Notes under the pieces: generated by a model | Seen by the model: the letters and a program-made list of their open reading frames with translations, nothing else | What the model was told of the DNA's origin: nothing | The model's database searches: none | NCBI GenBank assembly: GCA_002269645.1 | Contig: NIVC01000793.1 | Span: 1-64,000, forward strand | From: Macrostomum lignano | Taxonomy: Eukaryota | Length of the DNA stretch: 64,000 nt | Reading direction: 5' to 3' | Shown here: one piece after another, positions 43,735 to 58,600 of the stretch | Layout of the letters: every line of letters begins with the position of its first letter | Position numbering within the stretch: position 1 is the first letter of the stretch | Program-made: the position numbers and the translations under genes

Positions 43735-45763
43735 AGAGGTTATAATTACTGGCCATCAAATCAAAGAAGCATCGTAACCGTAACTATACTAGACATTGCT
43801 GATTAATTGTATGCATGTCATTTAATAACATAAAGGGTCACTTAAATTGCTGGTTTTTGCAGAATATTTTTATAATAAAAAACGAATTTTAGCTAAGAAA
43901 AGTATGAAAAGTAAAATGCATGTCAATGAAGAAAATAAAATACTAATGAAAGTCAATATTTAAGAGAAGTTGAGAGCAATTTTATACAAATATAAAATAC
44001 ACTGATGCAAAAACAGTTGCAAAAATAGCATAAATACAGCAAATACTATAATTAAAAAACTTTAAAAGCCTAACAGATTGGAAAACGATGCAGTTTTAAC
44101 CCCGTTATTTCTAGCGAAGTCAAAAAGCCGCCCATTATTTGCTTCATTAGCTATGCATTAAAACAAAAAGAAAAGCTATTAAATACCTTTACCCTTTTAG
44201 AACAAACTGTTTGTCACTCTCGTTTATTGAGATGAATTTTTCGTACATTGAGGTTAAATTTTTCGTATAATAAACACTACCCCTTCTCCACGTTTTTACG
44301 ATTTATCTAAACATATCGTACTAGCTAATGTTAGTCTGGTAGAATGCTTGATTTTCAAGTTCGAAATAATCTGTGATGCAGCCAGGGAGGCCCAGGCTGT
44401 TGCCCTATAATTCCATATTATTTTTTTCTTTTTTCTTCACTTTTTTGTAGTTGGTGCTTTCCGGAAAAATCCTTGCACCTGAATATATCTACATGTATTT
44501 TGAGATTTGAGGGGTGTTGTAGGCTTGTCCATTCTGCAGATATCGATTTCACACGGCTCGAACATTTTACCACCAGCCTAATAGCACAGAGGGACTTTTT
44601 AGATTCGAATGTTCAAGGAAATATCCTGTATTAATTACTCCAGGGCATTGTGAGTAGTTCATGCACATGGTACATGTACATATGTACATACACGTAGCCA
44701 GCCACTGTGCAAAAATATCAACTAAAATTATGTTTAGATACGATACGATAGCTAGCTACCAAACGCTATTTTTAGCTCTTACTATATGTGCCTGGAAAAT
44801 GCATAGTAAAATAAACTGGCCTGATCCTACCCGTAGCTATAGCTACCATTGTAACTGTGTGTATCAAGTCTTTGTATTCTTTCACAGCAACGCCTGACAG
44901 TATTGCCATGCATAATTATACTATTGTGGCGGCCAGCAGTATGTACGCGACCGGCAAGCACCAGTGCAGCCGCACTTGAAACCCCCCAACCTCTGTCTAG
45001 CTGACGTGGGGTGGGTGCACCAGACTAGCCGGCTCGCTAAGCCGGGGGGTTGGCGAAGTTTATCACGCCAACTTTTCGCACCTCCCTATAGGCTATAGGC
45101 CCCTCAATCTCGCGCTATTTGTAAATATATAAATATAGGCGCAAAGCAGCACAAAATCTTCGCTGCCATTCCATCTATTAAAATGAAAGGTCTTCCGCCT
45201 CACATGATGCATAAATGCAGCAAAAATTTTATTGCCAATTTTAAACATTTACGTCGTACGCACATATAGTGTGCTGCAATCCCAGACAGTATGCATCATA
45301 GTTTATCGGCAGCTTTTAGCTCGCATGCAATAAAAGTTTGGTATTCAACAAATTGGTGCAGTATACATGTAGACGCCACGTACTTGGCTACTTTCCCATT
45401 GCTTCGATCGTGCCTGCACAAAAAGGTCGCAGTTGCTGTGTGCGACAGACTGCTTGCAAAAAAAGCAAGGATGAAGGCTACATGTATATTTCCTGTAATG
45501 CTGATGTTTCCTTTCTGTCTTTCTCCGGAAAATTTGCCGCATTGCTGCGTAGAAAGCAGTCTTCCAGCCTGCATCAGCACTTGCGAACAGGAACTAGAAT
45601 TTTTGTTTTTTGGCTGTATATGAGTGGCAGCTGACTTGCCTTGGCTGCGGTATGGAGACCTGAACTAGAGGAAAAAAGCATACGATTGTAAGGCAGCAAC
45701 CTTCCCGGCGTTTAGTAGCAGCAAAACAAAAACTAAAGCTGTTACAATGGTCTACGTTCTGTA

Positions 45764-46762
45764 CGAGGGGTGTCCAAAAAGTAGTGATACTTTTAACCGT
45801 AGCTCTCGTTCTATAGCTTCGTGTGATTTAAAATTTTATGAACTGATAGCGGAAAATCTCTTCTACAGACTGCTTTTTGAATTATTAAAATTGATACTAG
45901 AGAACAAAAGTTATACCCATTAAAATAACAGTACCTGTACCATAGAGTTACACAAACTATATCGAAATTTATAATAGTCGACTTCTGCTCTCATTCATTA
46001 AGAAGGCATCGATAAATGTCTTGTTTAAGCAATACCAAAGCCCAATAGCAAAATGATGCTCACCTGTGACTGACTGAAATTTGTCTATGGACGGAATCAT
46101 GCGCAGAAAAATAAAGCATTAAATTCATTACTTTACTTGCAAACAGAGGAGCTTGCATTTTGCAATTGATTTCATTGCCCATACTCGACAACACATGGAT
46201 GTGCACTCAGTTTTTGCTCAGCAAAGTACCATCTTCACTCTCTGGGGTGCTGGCCATGTGCCTCAGAAATTCACGCAAAACTTTGCTCTGTGCACGGATC
46301 CTCTGCGGTCAGCAAAATGACAGTTTATCGATGGATGGAGCAGTTCAGCGAGGGAAGGACTGACTTGGCAGATCAGCATCGGATGGGGCGGCCATACGTT
46401 CATCGACCTGATGTACTGGCGGACTCCATTCTGGATCTTCTTGACGAGGATCTTCTTGACTCCCGAATGACCATTAGAGAGATCGCTGACAGGTTGGACA
46501 AGCCGAAATCAACAATTCATCGAAGCTTACTCGGCATGGATCTCGTGAAGCTCAGCCTATAATTTGTGGAACTCTATAGTACAGGTACAGGTACTGTTAC
46601 TTTCGTGGGTATAACTTTTGTTCTCTGGTATCAATTTTAAAAATTCAAAAAGCAGTCTGTAGAAGAGATTTGTCGCTATCAGTTCATAAAATTTTAAATC
46701 ACAGGAAGCTATAGAACGAGAGCTACGGTTAAAAGTATCACTACTTTTTGGACACCCGCTCG
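45764..46762 (+). mobile_element. Non-autonomous mariner derivative with about 190-bp TIRs
   Basis: TA-flanked inverted ends CGAGGGGTGTCCAAAAAGTAGTGATAC. The interior encodes only HTH parts (TVYRWMEQFSEGRTDLAD..GRP..RMTIREIA). Confidence 0.9.
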
Positions 46763-46899
46763 TAGCTCTAGCTTGCGGAGTCCATCAATTTCGGTTAGCC
46801 TGATGCGAGTGAATGCTGGTGAGGAATTGGAATTCACTGGACAGTTTCAGCTGTTCCAAAACGAGAAGCGGCCCAATTGCTATTGCACCCAATGTATAT

Positions 46900-47210
46900 T
46901 ATCAATTATCATGATCATTATTCAATATCAAAAATGGTCAGACTACAGAGTTGAGCAGGCATGGCACCATAGCAACGGAAACCTTCTTTTTAGGGTACTC
47001 CAGACTTGGCTTTATTAGAGGGAATGGAAGCTTGGGCGTGGGGACAGAAGAGGCAGCTTGATACCATACCTGCTCCTCTTAGTCGAGATGTACTGCTTGA
47101 ACAGCAAGAGCCTCTTGTACAAGACCAGCGTTTCGTGGACAGAACATGCTGGCGCGACATGTAGTTGCTGCAGCTGATGCAGACACGGCTGGATTTTGGG
47201 CAAGGGCCAA
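46900..47210 (-). mobile_element. Degenerate piggyBac transposase fragment
   Basis: SVHETLVLYKRLLLFKQYISTKRSRYGIKL resembles the piggyBac SVDESM..F.QY.P.K..R.GIK motif. Confidence 0.6.
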
Positions 47211-48557
47211 AATTATCAGTCAAAATATCTTCATATATTCGTTCTCAGATTCCATGGCAAAAAGGAGTAAGAAAAGGCAGCAGGCAGTGAAACAGTAAAC
47301 ATAAATTTAGAGTGAGAGCAGCCGGCAAAGGAAAGGGGTGCTGCGACAAGCAACTGTAAATCAGTCTACGTCCAGAATTCGGGACAGCCGTCGGCAACAA
47401 GGGTGATGCCAAGCAAATACCAGTAGTTTTAATTAAGCGCCTTGACATATTTTAGCTTGTTACAGCCCCCGTAGCCTATTTTAATAAGGTGGCTCAACAT
47501 TGTGTTAAGTAGAGTCATAGCCATTTTCTTGAGTTGCATTATATTACACTAAGTAACTATTTTTCTTAACTAAAATCTGGTTTTGTCAAAGTAAAATTTC
47601 AGCAGCTTTAAAAAACCGTCTGCAAAAACTCGCCGTTATTCCTCAATCATATTGAAGTGCAGGATTTGCATACAAATAACATTTATAGCTGCAAATTCTG
47701 CGCCGAGAAAAAGTGCAAACAATTGATCCAAATCAAACCATTTTGCGACGTGAAAATCTAAAGAACAATCTTTAGTACATGTCGTTCCTTTCAGCGTCCT
47801 AAAATGAAAAAAATGTAAATGATGGAACCAGCGCTTCGTTCCTAATCGAGGTTTGCATATATCGTTAGCGAATACTAACATGTACGAAGCAAAGCACTTG
47901 GTGAACTCCAGCCAGCGGAAGCAGCTGTTTGAGAGAGAGCTCAGACAGACTTTATTGATACTCGGCAGTGTACAGCCATGTTTTTAGTACAACCAGTTGG
48001 CAGGCGGTAATCCCTGTGTCAGCGCAAACATCATCAATTTTGGCTTTAGAAATAATTATTATGAACGCAAATTCATGGAGTCATTTGCGATGCTGAGAAT
48101 TTACGCGACTTTTAGCACTTAGGAGAAGTGCGGCCACCTCTGTACTTTTTTATATGCACGAGCAGCAGGTGGTAGATCGATTTCTGAATATTCTCTTTTA
48201 TGTCTACCTCGGCAAGGACCAATCTAATCACAGGTCTCTGAATAATTTAGACCTCTGCTACACCCTACAGATGTATTGAGTCATCGGATTAAGGGAAAAG
48301 ATGAAAATCTTTATATGCGAGAGCATTGCGCATTCAATATTCATAATTTATAACATTAAGTTCAATAGACCTAGCACTGAGATCTGTTTCCAACAGCACA
48401 ATATTGATGATTTTAAGAGTGTACGCTCTAAAAACTGAATAAGAAATGCAAACATCATTCATGCTCATCGCCTATCACCAACTTTGAGTGGTCGCAAAGG
48501 AAATTGCTTCAATAATCAGTTAATTAGCGAGATAGTGCGCGCCACAAGGCTGTTCCG

Positions 48558-51180
48558 TCAGATCATTCCTCTCTGTTGCTGCAGTTGCTGTGGCACCAGC
48601 GAATTGTCAGCCACTTCAGCGCAGCCTTCCGATGCTTTGCTCACCTTTTTCCTGTGCCGCTTCAGCAAGCAAAGTTCCAGTAGTTCAACGGCAAAGGCGC
48701 AGGTCAGACCCAGAGTGAGACTGCTCAGGCCGCCAACTTGACTCATCAGCGCGCTGAAGCTCAGCGACAGCGTCTCCGTTTTCTGGATGGTGTTCCGTGT
48801 CTGCCTCCGCACGGTGATGTATGCGAAGTCGCGACCGCTTGGCTCCAGCACTTGCGGTCCAGATATCGCCGTGAGATTTTTCGCCGTTAGGAAGTCGCGC
48901 AGCGAGTTCTTCGCCGACTGGATTGAAGCCTCAGCTTGGCGACGCTGCTCCGACGATGCGGTCAAGTCGGCCAGTCGTTCGGAGGCTTCAGCCAAATCGC
49001 GGAAACTTTTAGCCTGAAGGGCCAACCAGTGCAGTTGCCAGTCTGCCGCACGCCAGATTGTCTTGGAGGAGACCATCTCAAAGTCGTGATAGTGGCAGGG
49101 CTTAAGGCAGTGCGTGTCGCCCAGGTTTGCTCGCAAACTCGGCAGGTTGAGTGACTGCAGACAGGCCCGACTGCGCAGCACTGGCTCCACGCCACGGCGA
49201 TAGTCGCCACAATACGGATGCGTTGCATTTGGAGGAGTCTCGCGCAGAAGGTCGGCAAAGTGGCAGCCGCAGGCTTTCAGCACTATCCTGCCGAGCTCCT
49301 GGCGCAAGCAGCCCTCCTGCGAGTAGGCAAAGTCACGTCCGAGGTCCAACACGCGACGCGATGAGGCCATGGTTTCAGGCAGGCAAGCATCAGTCGGACT
49401 GCCAACCTCGATCAGGCGCACAGGTTGGTAAGCCATCTCGACCATCTTGCCCGGCGCCACGTGAATGCCTCGGTCGGTTGGTTCGGGGAAGCGATCGTGC
49501 TCCTGCAGCTGCACACGGAAGCCGCTAGCCTGCTGGAAGGCGTCCTGCACGAAGGCCTGCTCGTGTGGATCGGCTCCGTGTTGGTGGTGGCTGTCGGTGA
49601 CTCTCAGCACTACCGTAAGCGAGTCGATAGTAGGGGTGGCCTGCGATGGTTTGAGTTTCAAGCGGGAATCTAGTTGCTATGGCACAAATACCCTGACTGT
49701 GCCTACAATAAACCGTGAACAGTGGAGCTTGAGCAATCATGGCAATTTTTTTAGGTCAAATATTTTTGTTTTCAAGTTGATAAATGGGAAAAATGACCGC
49801 CCACAATACAATCACTGTCACTCTCACCAAGCTCTTCAGCGATTAAAATTGAAGGTTCCCTAAAAATTTGGATGCGTCAGAATTTAAATCGAACACTCGA
49901 ACGGTCCCGCGTCACACCAGTCAGCTATTGCTACATCTGGGCAGCGCTAACACAGCTCTCAGCTTTGGAATAACTATGTGCTAAATACTGAAAAATTCTT
50001 AAAATACAAAATATTCTCTTCAAACAGGTTAACAGTGTGATTACAGGACAATTTTCTTTACTTTAAATTCAAATTGAAAGTTCAAACCTGTTCGTTACGA
50101 GGGTATCTTTGGTCAGAATAATAGGTCGTCTTTCTTCCCAATTTTGTTCGTACTAATAATGATAATAATAATTGATTTTTTTTCTGCCCTACGAGGGTAG
50201 GGCAGGACCCCTGCCCTAATGGCCAGATGTGCAACCGACGGCTCAGCCGCAGCTATTGCGCGGTGCATCTGAAGGCTGCGTACGGCTGTTTAGTCCAAGG
50301 ACTGGGGGGTCGCCACACACCCTCAATTACCCCAGCTAATGCTGGCACCCATTTTACAGCTGGGTGAACTGAAGCAATGCAGAGTTAAGTGTCTTGCTTA
50401 AGGACACAAATTGTTCCAGTGGGATCGGGAATCGAACCCCCGACCTTCAATTCGTGAGTCCGACGCTTTAACCACTAGCCTACAACCCTTAAGTCTTCCC
50501 AATTTTGTTTTGTACTATAGTTAATCAATAGTTGCTTCGCACACATTCAGCACGCAGACACGAGTCCAATAACAGGTCGCACCTGCACTCACCTGAACCT
50601 GGAAGCAGTTGAAGTAGTCCGGCAGGCTGATCAACTTTAGCTGCAGAGCGCAGCCGTCTCCGCTGCTCATTTCCATGAACGAGCCCGTGGCATTGATGCA
50701 GAATATAAATAGCTGCTGGGCTGTGTGGCTCAGCTTCTCTGCGTCATCCGGCTCCAGGTTCTGATAATAGATCCGCTTGGAATCGCTGGCCAGGATCTCT
50801 TCGGCGCCAATGTGATTCCCGGCGTCGAACATCTTCAGCGCGTGGGCGCGCAGCATTCTAGAAAAATTGGTCGGCGACAGGATCTGGCCGCTCTGCCAGA
50901 GCTGGCGTCCGCTCTCGGTGAACGGATAGTGACCGCACACGGTCACCGCAGGCCAGCTCAGCCCCGGGTCGTTCAGCACAACCGTAGTCTGGATGACGGT
51001 CTTGTAGCTCAGGTAGTCGGTAACGATAAAGCAGACGCAGGTGACTAAGAAGGCGGCCATTGCGGCCACGTAGGCGGTCCAAATGCAGCGCAACGAACGC
51101 GTCGGCGCTTTCACAGTTTTGGCAACCCCGCGAAGCGAAGTGGCCGTGCAGAACAGCTCGAAGTCCTGGCGCAGACCCAT
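48558..51180 (-). CDS. DEG/ENaC (amiloride-sensitive sodium channel family) subunit, at least two large exons (51180-50593, ~49669-48558)
   Basis: FCTATSLRG, TM1, WPAVTVC, YFNCF; GFRVQL..PG; Cys-rich thumb CGCH..C; TM2 SQVGGLSSLTLGLTCAFAVELLE. The exon phases do not join directly, so a small exon or an indel is unresolved. Confidence 0.88.
50149..50493 (-). mobile_element. tRNA-derived CORE-SINE in the channel intron
   Basis: A/B boxes, MIR-core-like segment, (ATT)n tail. 16-bp TSD TCTTCCCAATTTTGTT (50133-50148, 50494-50509). Confidence 0.85.
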
Positions 51181-51944
51181 AGTGGGTCAAAGTTTTCCTG
51201 TCTTCACCCCGCCGGGACTTTGAAGTGTGATTCAGCAAAAGGATTGTAGCAGGGCTGAAATATAAGCAAAGAGAGATTCTTCACACGAGGGTCACGGTGG
51301 GGCGGTCGCTCTGCTGTAGGACCAATGGCGGCTCCCTTGCGTAAAGATATCGATACAGAGGAGCATTAGCATTGGTCAGAGGAAGTGAAGGATCGTCTGC
51401 TTTTTATATACTTTAGACTTGGACAGCGCAGCTGAGGGCAGAGGTTGATGGCAGCAATTAATTAAAGCCCAGAACCACGCTGCCACAATGTCAGTCGTGT
51501 TAGGGACCGCAAGCGTCAGCTCCCAAATAATTTATTTTAGCACTGACAAGACAGATTGCGTGCTTGAACCGCGACAACAGGGGCTGGAAGGGAGCAGAGA
51601 GTTCCAACTCTCAAACCAGCTGACCGCTTAGTCAGCCAACTACTGCAGTTGTCAGCACTTAGATTGCTGGGGTAGTCGGGCTGGATACAATTCGCAACGA
51701 ATTCTGCGAGTCGTACTCTAAATAAGCTTCTACGTTGGCCTTAAACTTTTCTAAGATTGTTCTCGTCTTACTATATACTATTCGATCGCGAAGTAGCGAA
51801 CCGAGTTTCAAAATGCTCAAAACGGTAACGTTTGTTTGCCTGAGGTATTCCAAAATGTACAACTTATTTTAACAAACTGTAGTGTTACTTTACGTATTTT
51901 AAATAAGTGAAATCTTTATTTTCACCTATGTAAGTTAATTAGTT

Positions 51945-52445
<501 letters not shown>

Positions 52446-53509
52446 TGTGAGGTAGTGTGTACTTTTAATCCATTCTTCAAAACATTTGTTTAAACAGTAT
52501 TTTCGAAAATTCAGGCATAAAAAACTAGAAATAAACATTTATGCTTGCATGTTGCTACTACTTCACCGAAAAGAGTAGCGAGATAAAGATTTTGAAATAG
52601 AAACCTGAGGAAATCTATTTTTATGAACTTACTTTCACCTTTTGTTTTTGGAAGAACTCAGTAAAACTATGACGCGATTGAGTTGAAATGACCAGCTGCA
52701 GAATTTCATGGAAACACAATCTGCTTAAAGCCCTAGTTATTCAAAACACTTTGCCTATCATACCGGCTTTCTGCAGTATCAGAGAAAATCCTTGCGTGTC
52801 AAGACCAGACAGAAAACTATAAATGTTTTTCTCATAAAAAATCGAAGCTATAAGGCAGGCAACTGTTTGTATGGAGCAGCCCGAAATACGACAGACTGAG
52901 ATGAAGGGTGTTTGCCTAATTTTTTCTGTCAGTCAAAGACACGCAAGATTTTCTCAAGCGGAAATGTTGAGTGTCTTCAGAAGAGATTCTCCAGTGGAAC
53001 AGGGGGCCGGGCATCGAGAGGGGAGAACGGAGCATACGCTTGGCTCAGTGCCAAAAACCTCATGGCACATCGCCTTCCCTAAGGCGCTCCAATCATTTTA
53101 GACCCCGCCGTTCTCACTGCAGGAAAGTCTTCAGTGAAAAAATGCATTCCATAAGCCTGTTCCTGAGCAACTTTGCAACAACTGATGTTTCTTTAATCTG
53201 ATCTGCTTCATTTTTCTCCCTCGAATTTAGCCCGTACCCCGCCTTCTTATCCCCCCACCTCTAATCTGATTGGTTGAGCAATGAGTGCTTCTGTGAGGCA
53301 GATATTAACAAGCTGTTGTAAGCAAATTCCAAGCATAAAATACTATAGCTTCCTTGCTAGCTGTCAGGGTTCTGTCAGTCAGATGCAGCAAGAAATGATT
53401 CCCAGAAGTACCAAATTCGCGTTGAAGGTAAGTTGACCATTTGATTACCTGTAAACTGTATTTTGCTGCAGTTGACCCTATAGAAAATATTGAAGATAAC
53501 GACTTATAG

Positions 53510-53720
53510 AAGCTTCTACAGGCTTATAAAGGCTGTTACAGACTGGTTACAGTCTGATAGAGGCTAGTAGAGACTGATACAGGCTTATACACGCTGATAC
53601 AGGATTATACAGACTGATAGGCTTACACAGATGGATACAGGCTTATACAGACTGGTAGAAGCTTATACAAACTTCTACAGGCTTATAAAGATGATACAGG
53701 CTTAGATAAATAGATACAGA
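53510..53720. repeat. Degenerate 10/20-bp repeat (ACAGGCTTAT / GACTGATAC)
   Basis: Recurrent ACAGGCTTAT-like words. Confidence 0.6.
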
Positions 53721-53795
53721 ATTATTCAGACTATTGAGATAGATCTCATTGGCAAAGAACTGTATAAAATTATTTTATTGTATATAAATTCTGAC

Positions 53796-54120
53796 GGGGC
53801 TGTAGCCTAGGGGTTAGAGCGTCGGACTCGCGACTTGAAGGTCGGGGGTTCGATTCCCAATCTCACTCGGAACAATTTGTGTCCTAAGCAAGACACTTAA
53901 CTCTGCATTGCTTCAGTTCACCCAGCTGTAAAATGGGTGCCAGCATTAGCTGGGGTAATTGAGGGTGTGTGTGGCGACCCCCCAGTCCTTGGACTGAACA
54001 GCCGTACGCAGCCTTCAGATGCTCCGCGCAATAGCTGCGGCTGAGCTGTCGGTTGCACATCTGGCCCAACTGTGGCAGGTGTAATCAGATATTATAGTTA
54101 TTGTTATTATTATTATTATT
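53796..54120 (+). mobile_element. Second copy of the CORE-SINE
   Basis: TAGCCTAGGGG (A box), GGTTCGATTCC (B box), GCAAGACACTTAAC..CTGTAAAATGGG core, (ATT)n tail. Inverted relative to 50149-50493. Confidence 0.88.
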
Positions 54121-54529
54121 AATGGCTACTTCAGTGGTTCATTGATCGTTTGTAAACCTTTCTTTGTACTCGTAATAAATAAGGGGATTTATATGTTTAG
54201 ATTTTGAAATTTATATGCATCATTGCAAAACAGCAATACTTTAACTTTAGGCCATTAAGTTACACTGTAAAACTAAGTAGTTCTTGGTTAAAATTATGTT
54301 AGTTAGACAGTTAAAACTCTAAATCTGTGAAATTTAAACGTAAATTTACGTTTAAAAAAATTAAACGTAAAAGTTCACAATTCGTAAGCAGGGTCGCAAA
54401 CAGCCGCCCACAGCAGCCAGAGATGAGCGGCCTCAGAGTTCGCCCCAGCGTCAAGTGAAGAAACAGGCGACGAAATCCGTCTTACAAGATTCTCCATCTA
54501 AGTTGCGGCGAGGGCAAAGCTCCAGGTAA

Positions 54530-55550
54530 GGCTGTGGGTGACACAGGCTGGGGCTGACACAGGATGGGGCTGACACAGGATGGGGCTGACACAGGATGGG
54601 GCTGACACAGGATGGGGCTGACACAGGATGGGGGTGACACAGGCTGGGGGAGACACAGGCTGGGGGAGACACACGCTGGGGCTGACACAGGATGGGGCTG
54701 ACACAGGATGGGGCTGACACAGGATGGGGCTGACACAGGATGGGGCTGACACAGGATGGGGGTGACACAGGCTGGGGGAGACACAGGCTGGGGGAGACAC
54801 AGGCTGGGGGAGACACAGGCTGGGGGAGACACAGGCTGGGGGAGACACAGGCTGGGGGAGACACAGGCTGGGGGAGACACAGGCTGGGGGAGACACAGGC
54901 TGGGGGAGACACAGGCTGTGGGTGACACAGGCTGGGAGAGACACAGGCTGGGAGAGACACAGGCTGGGAGAGACATAGGCTGGGAGAGACACAGGCTGGG
55001 AGAGACACAGGCTGGGAGAGACACAGGCTGGGAGAGACACAGGCTGGGGGTGACACAGGCTGGGGGAGACACAGGCTGGGGGTGACACAGGCTGGGGGAG
55101 ACACAGGCTGGGGGAGACACAGGCTGGGGGAGACACAGGCTGGGAGAGACACAGGCTGGGGGTGACACAGGCTGGGGGAGACACAGGCTGGGGGTGACAC
55201 AGGCTGGGGGAGACACAGGCTGGGGGAGACACAGGCTGGGGGAGACACAGGCTGGGGGAGACACAGGCTGGGGGAGACACAGGCTGGGGGAGACACAGGC
55301 TGGGGGAGACACAGGCTGGGGGTGACAGAGGCTGGGGGTGACACAGGCTGGGGGAGACACAGGCTGGGGGTGACACAGGCTGTGGGTGACACTGGCTGGG
55401 GGTGACACAGGCTGTGGGTGACACTGGCTGGGGGTGACACAGGCTGTGGGTGACACTGGCTGGGGGAGACACAGGCTGGGGGAGACACAGGCTGGGGGAG
55501 ACACAGGCTGGGGGCGACACAGGCTGGGGGAGACACAGGCTGGGGGTGAC
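54530..55550. repeat. 16-bp G-rich minisatellite (ACACAGGCTGGGGGAG), about 64 copies
   Basis: Directly visible. It gives the 16-aa periodic ORFs. Confidence 0.97.
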
Positions 55551-55639
55551 GCAGCCTCTTACACGCAATTTCACTAGCAGTCGCAAGCAACTAGAGTTGA
55601 GCAGGCTGTACTTTAAGTGTACTTCTCACACCCCACGCT

Positions 55640-58600
55640 GCAGGACGGAAGTCGTGCTAGACCAGGCTGTGTGCAGAATCGAAGTCCTGGAGAGAGACGC
55701 CGTCAGCATCAGATCAACTCTGACCGTAAGCCGGGAGCAAGACGCAGATAGTTTTTCTTGAGAGCCCATTAGCTTGAGGCGCTGGGGCCAGGAGGACAGC
55801 AGGATGCGATAGTGGCAGCGGCTGGGGCTGGCGACGCCCGTGATTAATTGGTCGAATCTGGCGCGATACTTTTTCACTCCCCCCATCGGCCCTTGTCGCT
55901 TCGCCATCAATGCTGGGCTTTGATCTTCGCCGCCGACTAGACAACGGTTGACAACGGGGAAGTCGAGGGCAGACTGGCTTGTATTTTTCTGCTTTTATTG
56001 GAGCCGACAAAGTGAAAGTGCTTGTGCTACAGATTAGAGTAAGGCGGCTGTCAACTGCTGGGCCAGCGACATCACTGAACCTAGCGCAAGTGTGCCGATT
56101 GTTTCCCTGACAGAGAATTTTGCAGATTCTTTCATGCTTATATTTTTGTTCCGTCTCGCCTATAGGTTTTTATCTCTAGTCTTTTGTCTCCCATATCCCA
56201 TGTCAGATATCTAATCTCACAGATCCAGAGGCCAATTCTGATATCTAGTCTCACAGATTTCAACTCCCAACTCCCATTTCAGATCTCTAATCTCCCAGGT
56301 TCCATCGCCCAGTTCAAATATCTAATCTCACAGATTCTAGATCCCATCTCCTATTATCTAATCTCGCCGATTTGATCACCCAGCTACCCATCTCCGATAT
56401 CTAATCTCACAGATTCCATCTCCGATCACCAATATCTAATCTCACAGATTCCATTTTTCATCGTTGATATCTAATCTAAAAGATTCTAGATTCCATCTCC
56501 TATCATCTAATCTCGCCGATTTGATCACCCAGCTACCCATCTCCCATATCTAATCTCACAGATTCCAGATCCCATCTCCGATATCTAATCTCACAGATTC
56601 TAGATCCCATCTCCGATATTTAATCTCACAGATTCCAGATCCCATCTCCGATATCTAATCTCACAGATTCCAGATCCCATCTCCGATATCTAATCTCACA
56701 GATTCCAGATCCCATCTCCGATATCTAATCTCACAGATTCCAGATCCCATCTCCGATATCTAATCTCACAGGTTCCAAATCCCAGCTCAGATATCTAATA
56801 GCACATTTCACAGATTCCATTTTTCATCATCATATCTAATCTCACACATTCCATATCCCATCTCTGAAATCCCATCTCAATCTTGCTAAAGAGTTCAGCC
56901 GATCCAGAAATATCTCAATGACATCGCAGAGAAGAGAACTGAAATCAGACAGCCAAGAATTCAATCTATCAGTCGAACAGTGGAACAGAAACAGAAAGCG
57001 CCGGGATGAAAATAGAGAGCCAGCTGAAGAGCTGGGAAGTCGAATATCGATCTTTAATGCAGAAATGAGAGACGGCAGCAGCAGAGCTGCATAAAGTCCG
57101 TTGGGAATGAGCGTCAGGGGGGGAGTGGTGGAGAAGCAGGCAGTGATGAGAGTCGAAGATTTCTCCCATCTAGTTAAGCGCATGTATTACACTGGGTACA
57201 GGCAGGGTTCCCTCAGCGTACCAACTAGCTACTGCTATGCCCTCGCCCCTCCCGCTGTTCGGGAATTCAGATACGTAGAGAAGTACTTCTATCTGAAGTA
57301 GAGAATTACAGCTGGGGAAAGTTTGAAACTTAAAGACTTCTAATCACCAATGGACGAGTTTTTTTATCTATGATAGAATATCTCCTTTAAACTTCACCCC
57401 AGCCCAGCCAATCGCAGGCCGAGAGCGGAGCTGTTCGGTTATTTTTCTAACTATTTCAAAACTTAGGGGAATCATATAGTTTTCTGTGAAATTAAATTAC
57501 GCCTATTTCTCTACCTACTTGCTTCAGTAGCAATGAACGAGTTTTTTATCTTTAATTTGAGAACTTTTCTCCATGCTCAAAATTTTACGTCGTCGAATTA
57601 CTAGTGCAGGGCTCGGCAATTGTTTTATTTCAAGCGTCAGATAGAGAACCTAGAGCATGACTGCAGGCTCGAGGAGAGGAGAGAGGAGAGGGAATAGAGA
57701 AGAGAGCTGAGAGATGATAGATAGGAGAAATGAGAGTCGAGGAGGGATTGGCGAGGCAAGGCGAAAAGAGAGGAGACGAGAGGAGAGAAGAGATGAAATA
57801 GGAGAGAAGGCAGAGGAGAATGGAGAGAAGAGAATGAGAGGAAAGGAGAGGAGAGGAGAGAAGAGGAGAGGAGAGGAAATGAGAGAGAAGACAGTTGAGA
57901 AGACGCAAACCTTGAGCGGGCCGGATTGCTATTGTGAAGTTTCAAAGGACCCGAGGGCCAGAGAGAGGCTTGCGGGTCGCATGTGGCCTGTGACTATACC
58001 CCTTGTTTAGTCAGTAGTCACTTTAGCCAGCTCAAAACTTAAAGATGCTGACGATATGAAATTGCAAGCTTGTGAAGTTTCGAGTTTCCAAAAGCGAACC
58101 TGCTTTCGCACCCAACCCGCCCGCGCCCAGGCCAGCCAATCGCAGGCCGATCAGCTGTTCAGACGGCTGGAAAGCCTCGAGGAGGCCGGCTGTGAGCGTC
58201 GGCTGGCCGCCTTGGAGCTGGACAGCCGCCGACTGCGCCGCGACCTGCTGCGAACCAGCCGCAACACTGACCAGCTGGCCAATCAGATTGTCTGCAACTC
58301 TCTGGCACACAAGGTCTGCTTTCAGAAGAGAATTAAATTGTCTAAATTAAAGCTTTTTTAAGTTCCCTATTAAGGTTTGTTTACGACTCCATCAAATGAG
58401 TCATTGAATCGCACGGATCCGAGTACAAGTCACGTGATCGAACCGAATTTTGGTCGCGTCTCGTGACCAAAGACTTCCAGCGGCGAATGTGATTTCGCTC
58501 AGGGAGACCCGTCTGTCTCGCCTTCAGCGCGGTCCTCCTCACCAGCGGTTGGGAAGAAGCTGGCTCCTTCCGTGTCCCTGAGGTACCGGACGTTAGCGGT

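Noticed and set aside
45291-45634. Possible RT fragment (FPIASIVPAQKG)
   Set aside because: Only a faint resemblance, with no further RT motifs.
53796-53870. tRNA gene
   Set aside because: It continues into a SINE core and tail and has a second copy, so it is a SINE head.
54451-55590. Pro/Cys-rich ORFs of 340-379 aa
   Set aside because: Three-frame translations of the 16-bp minisatellite.
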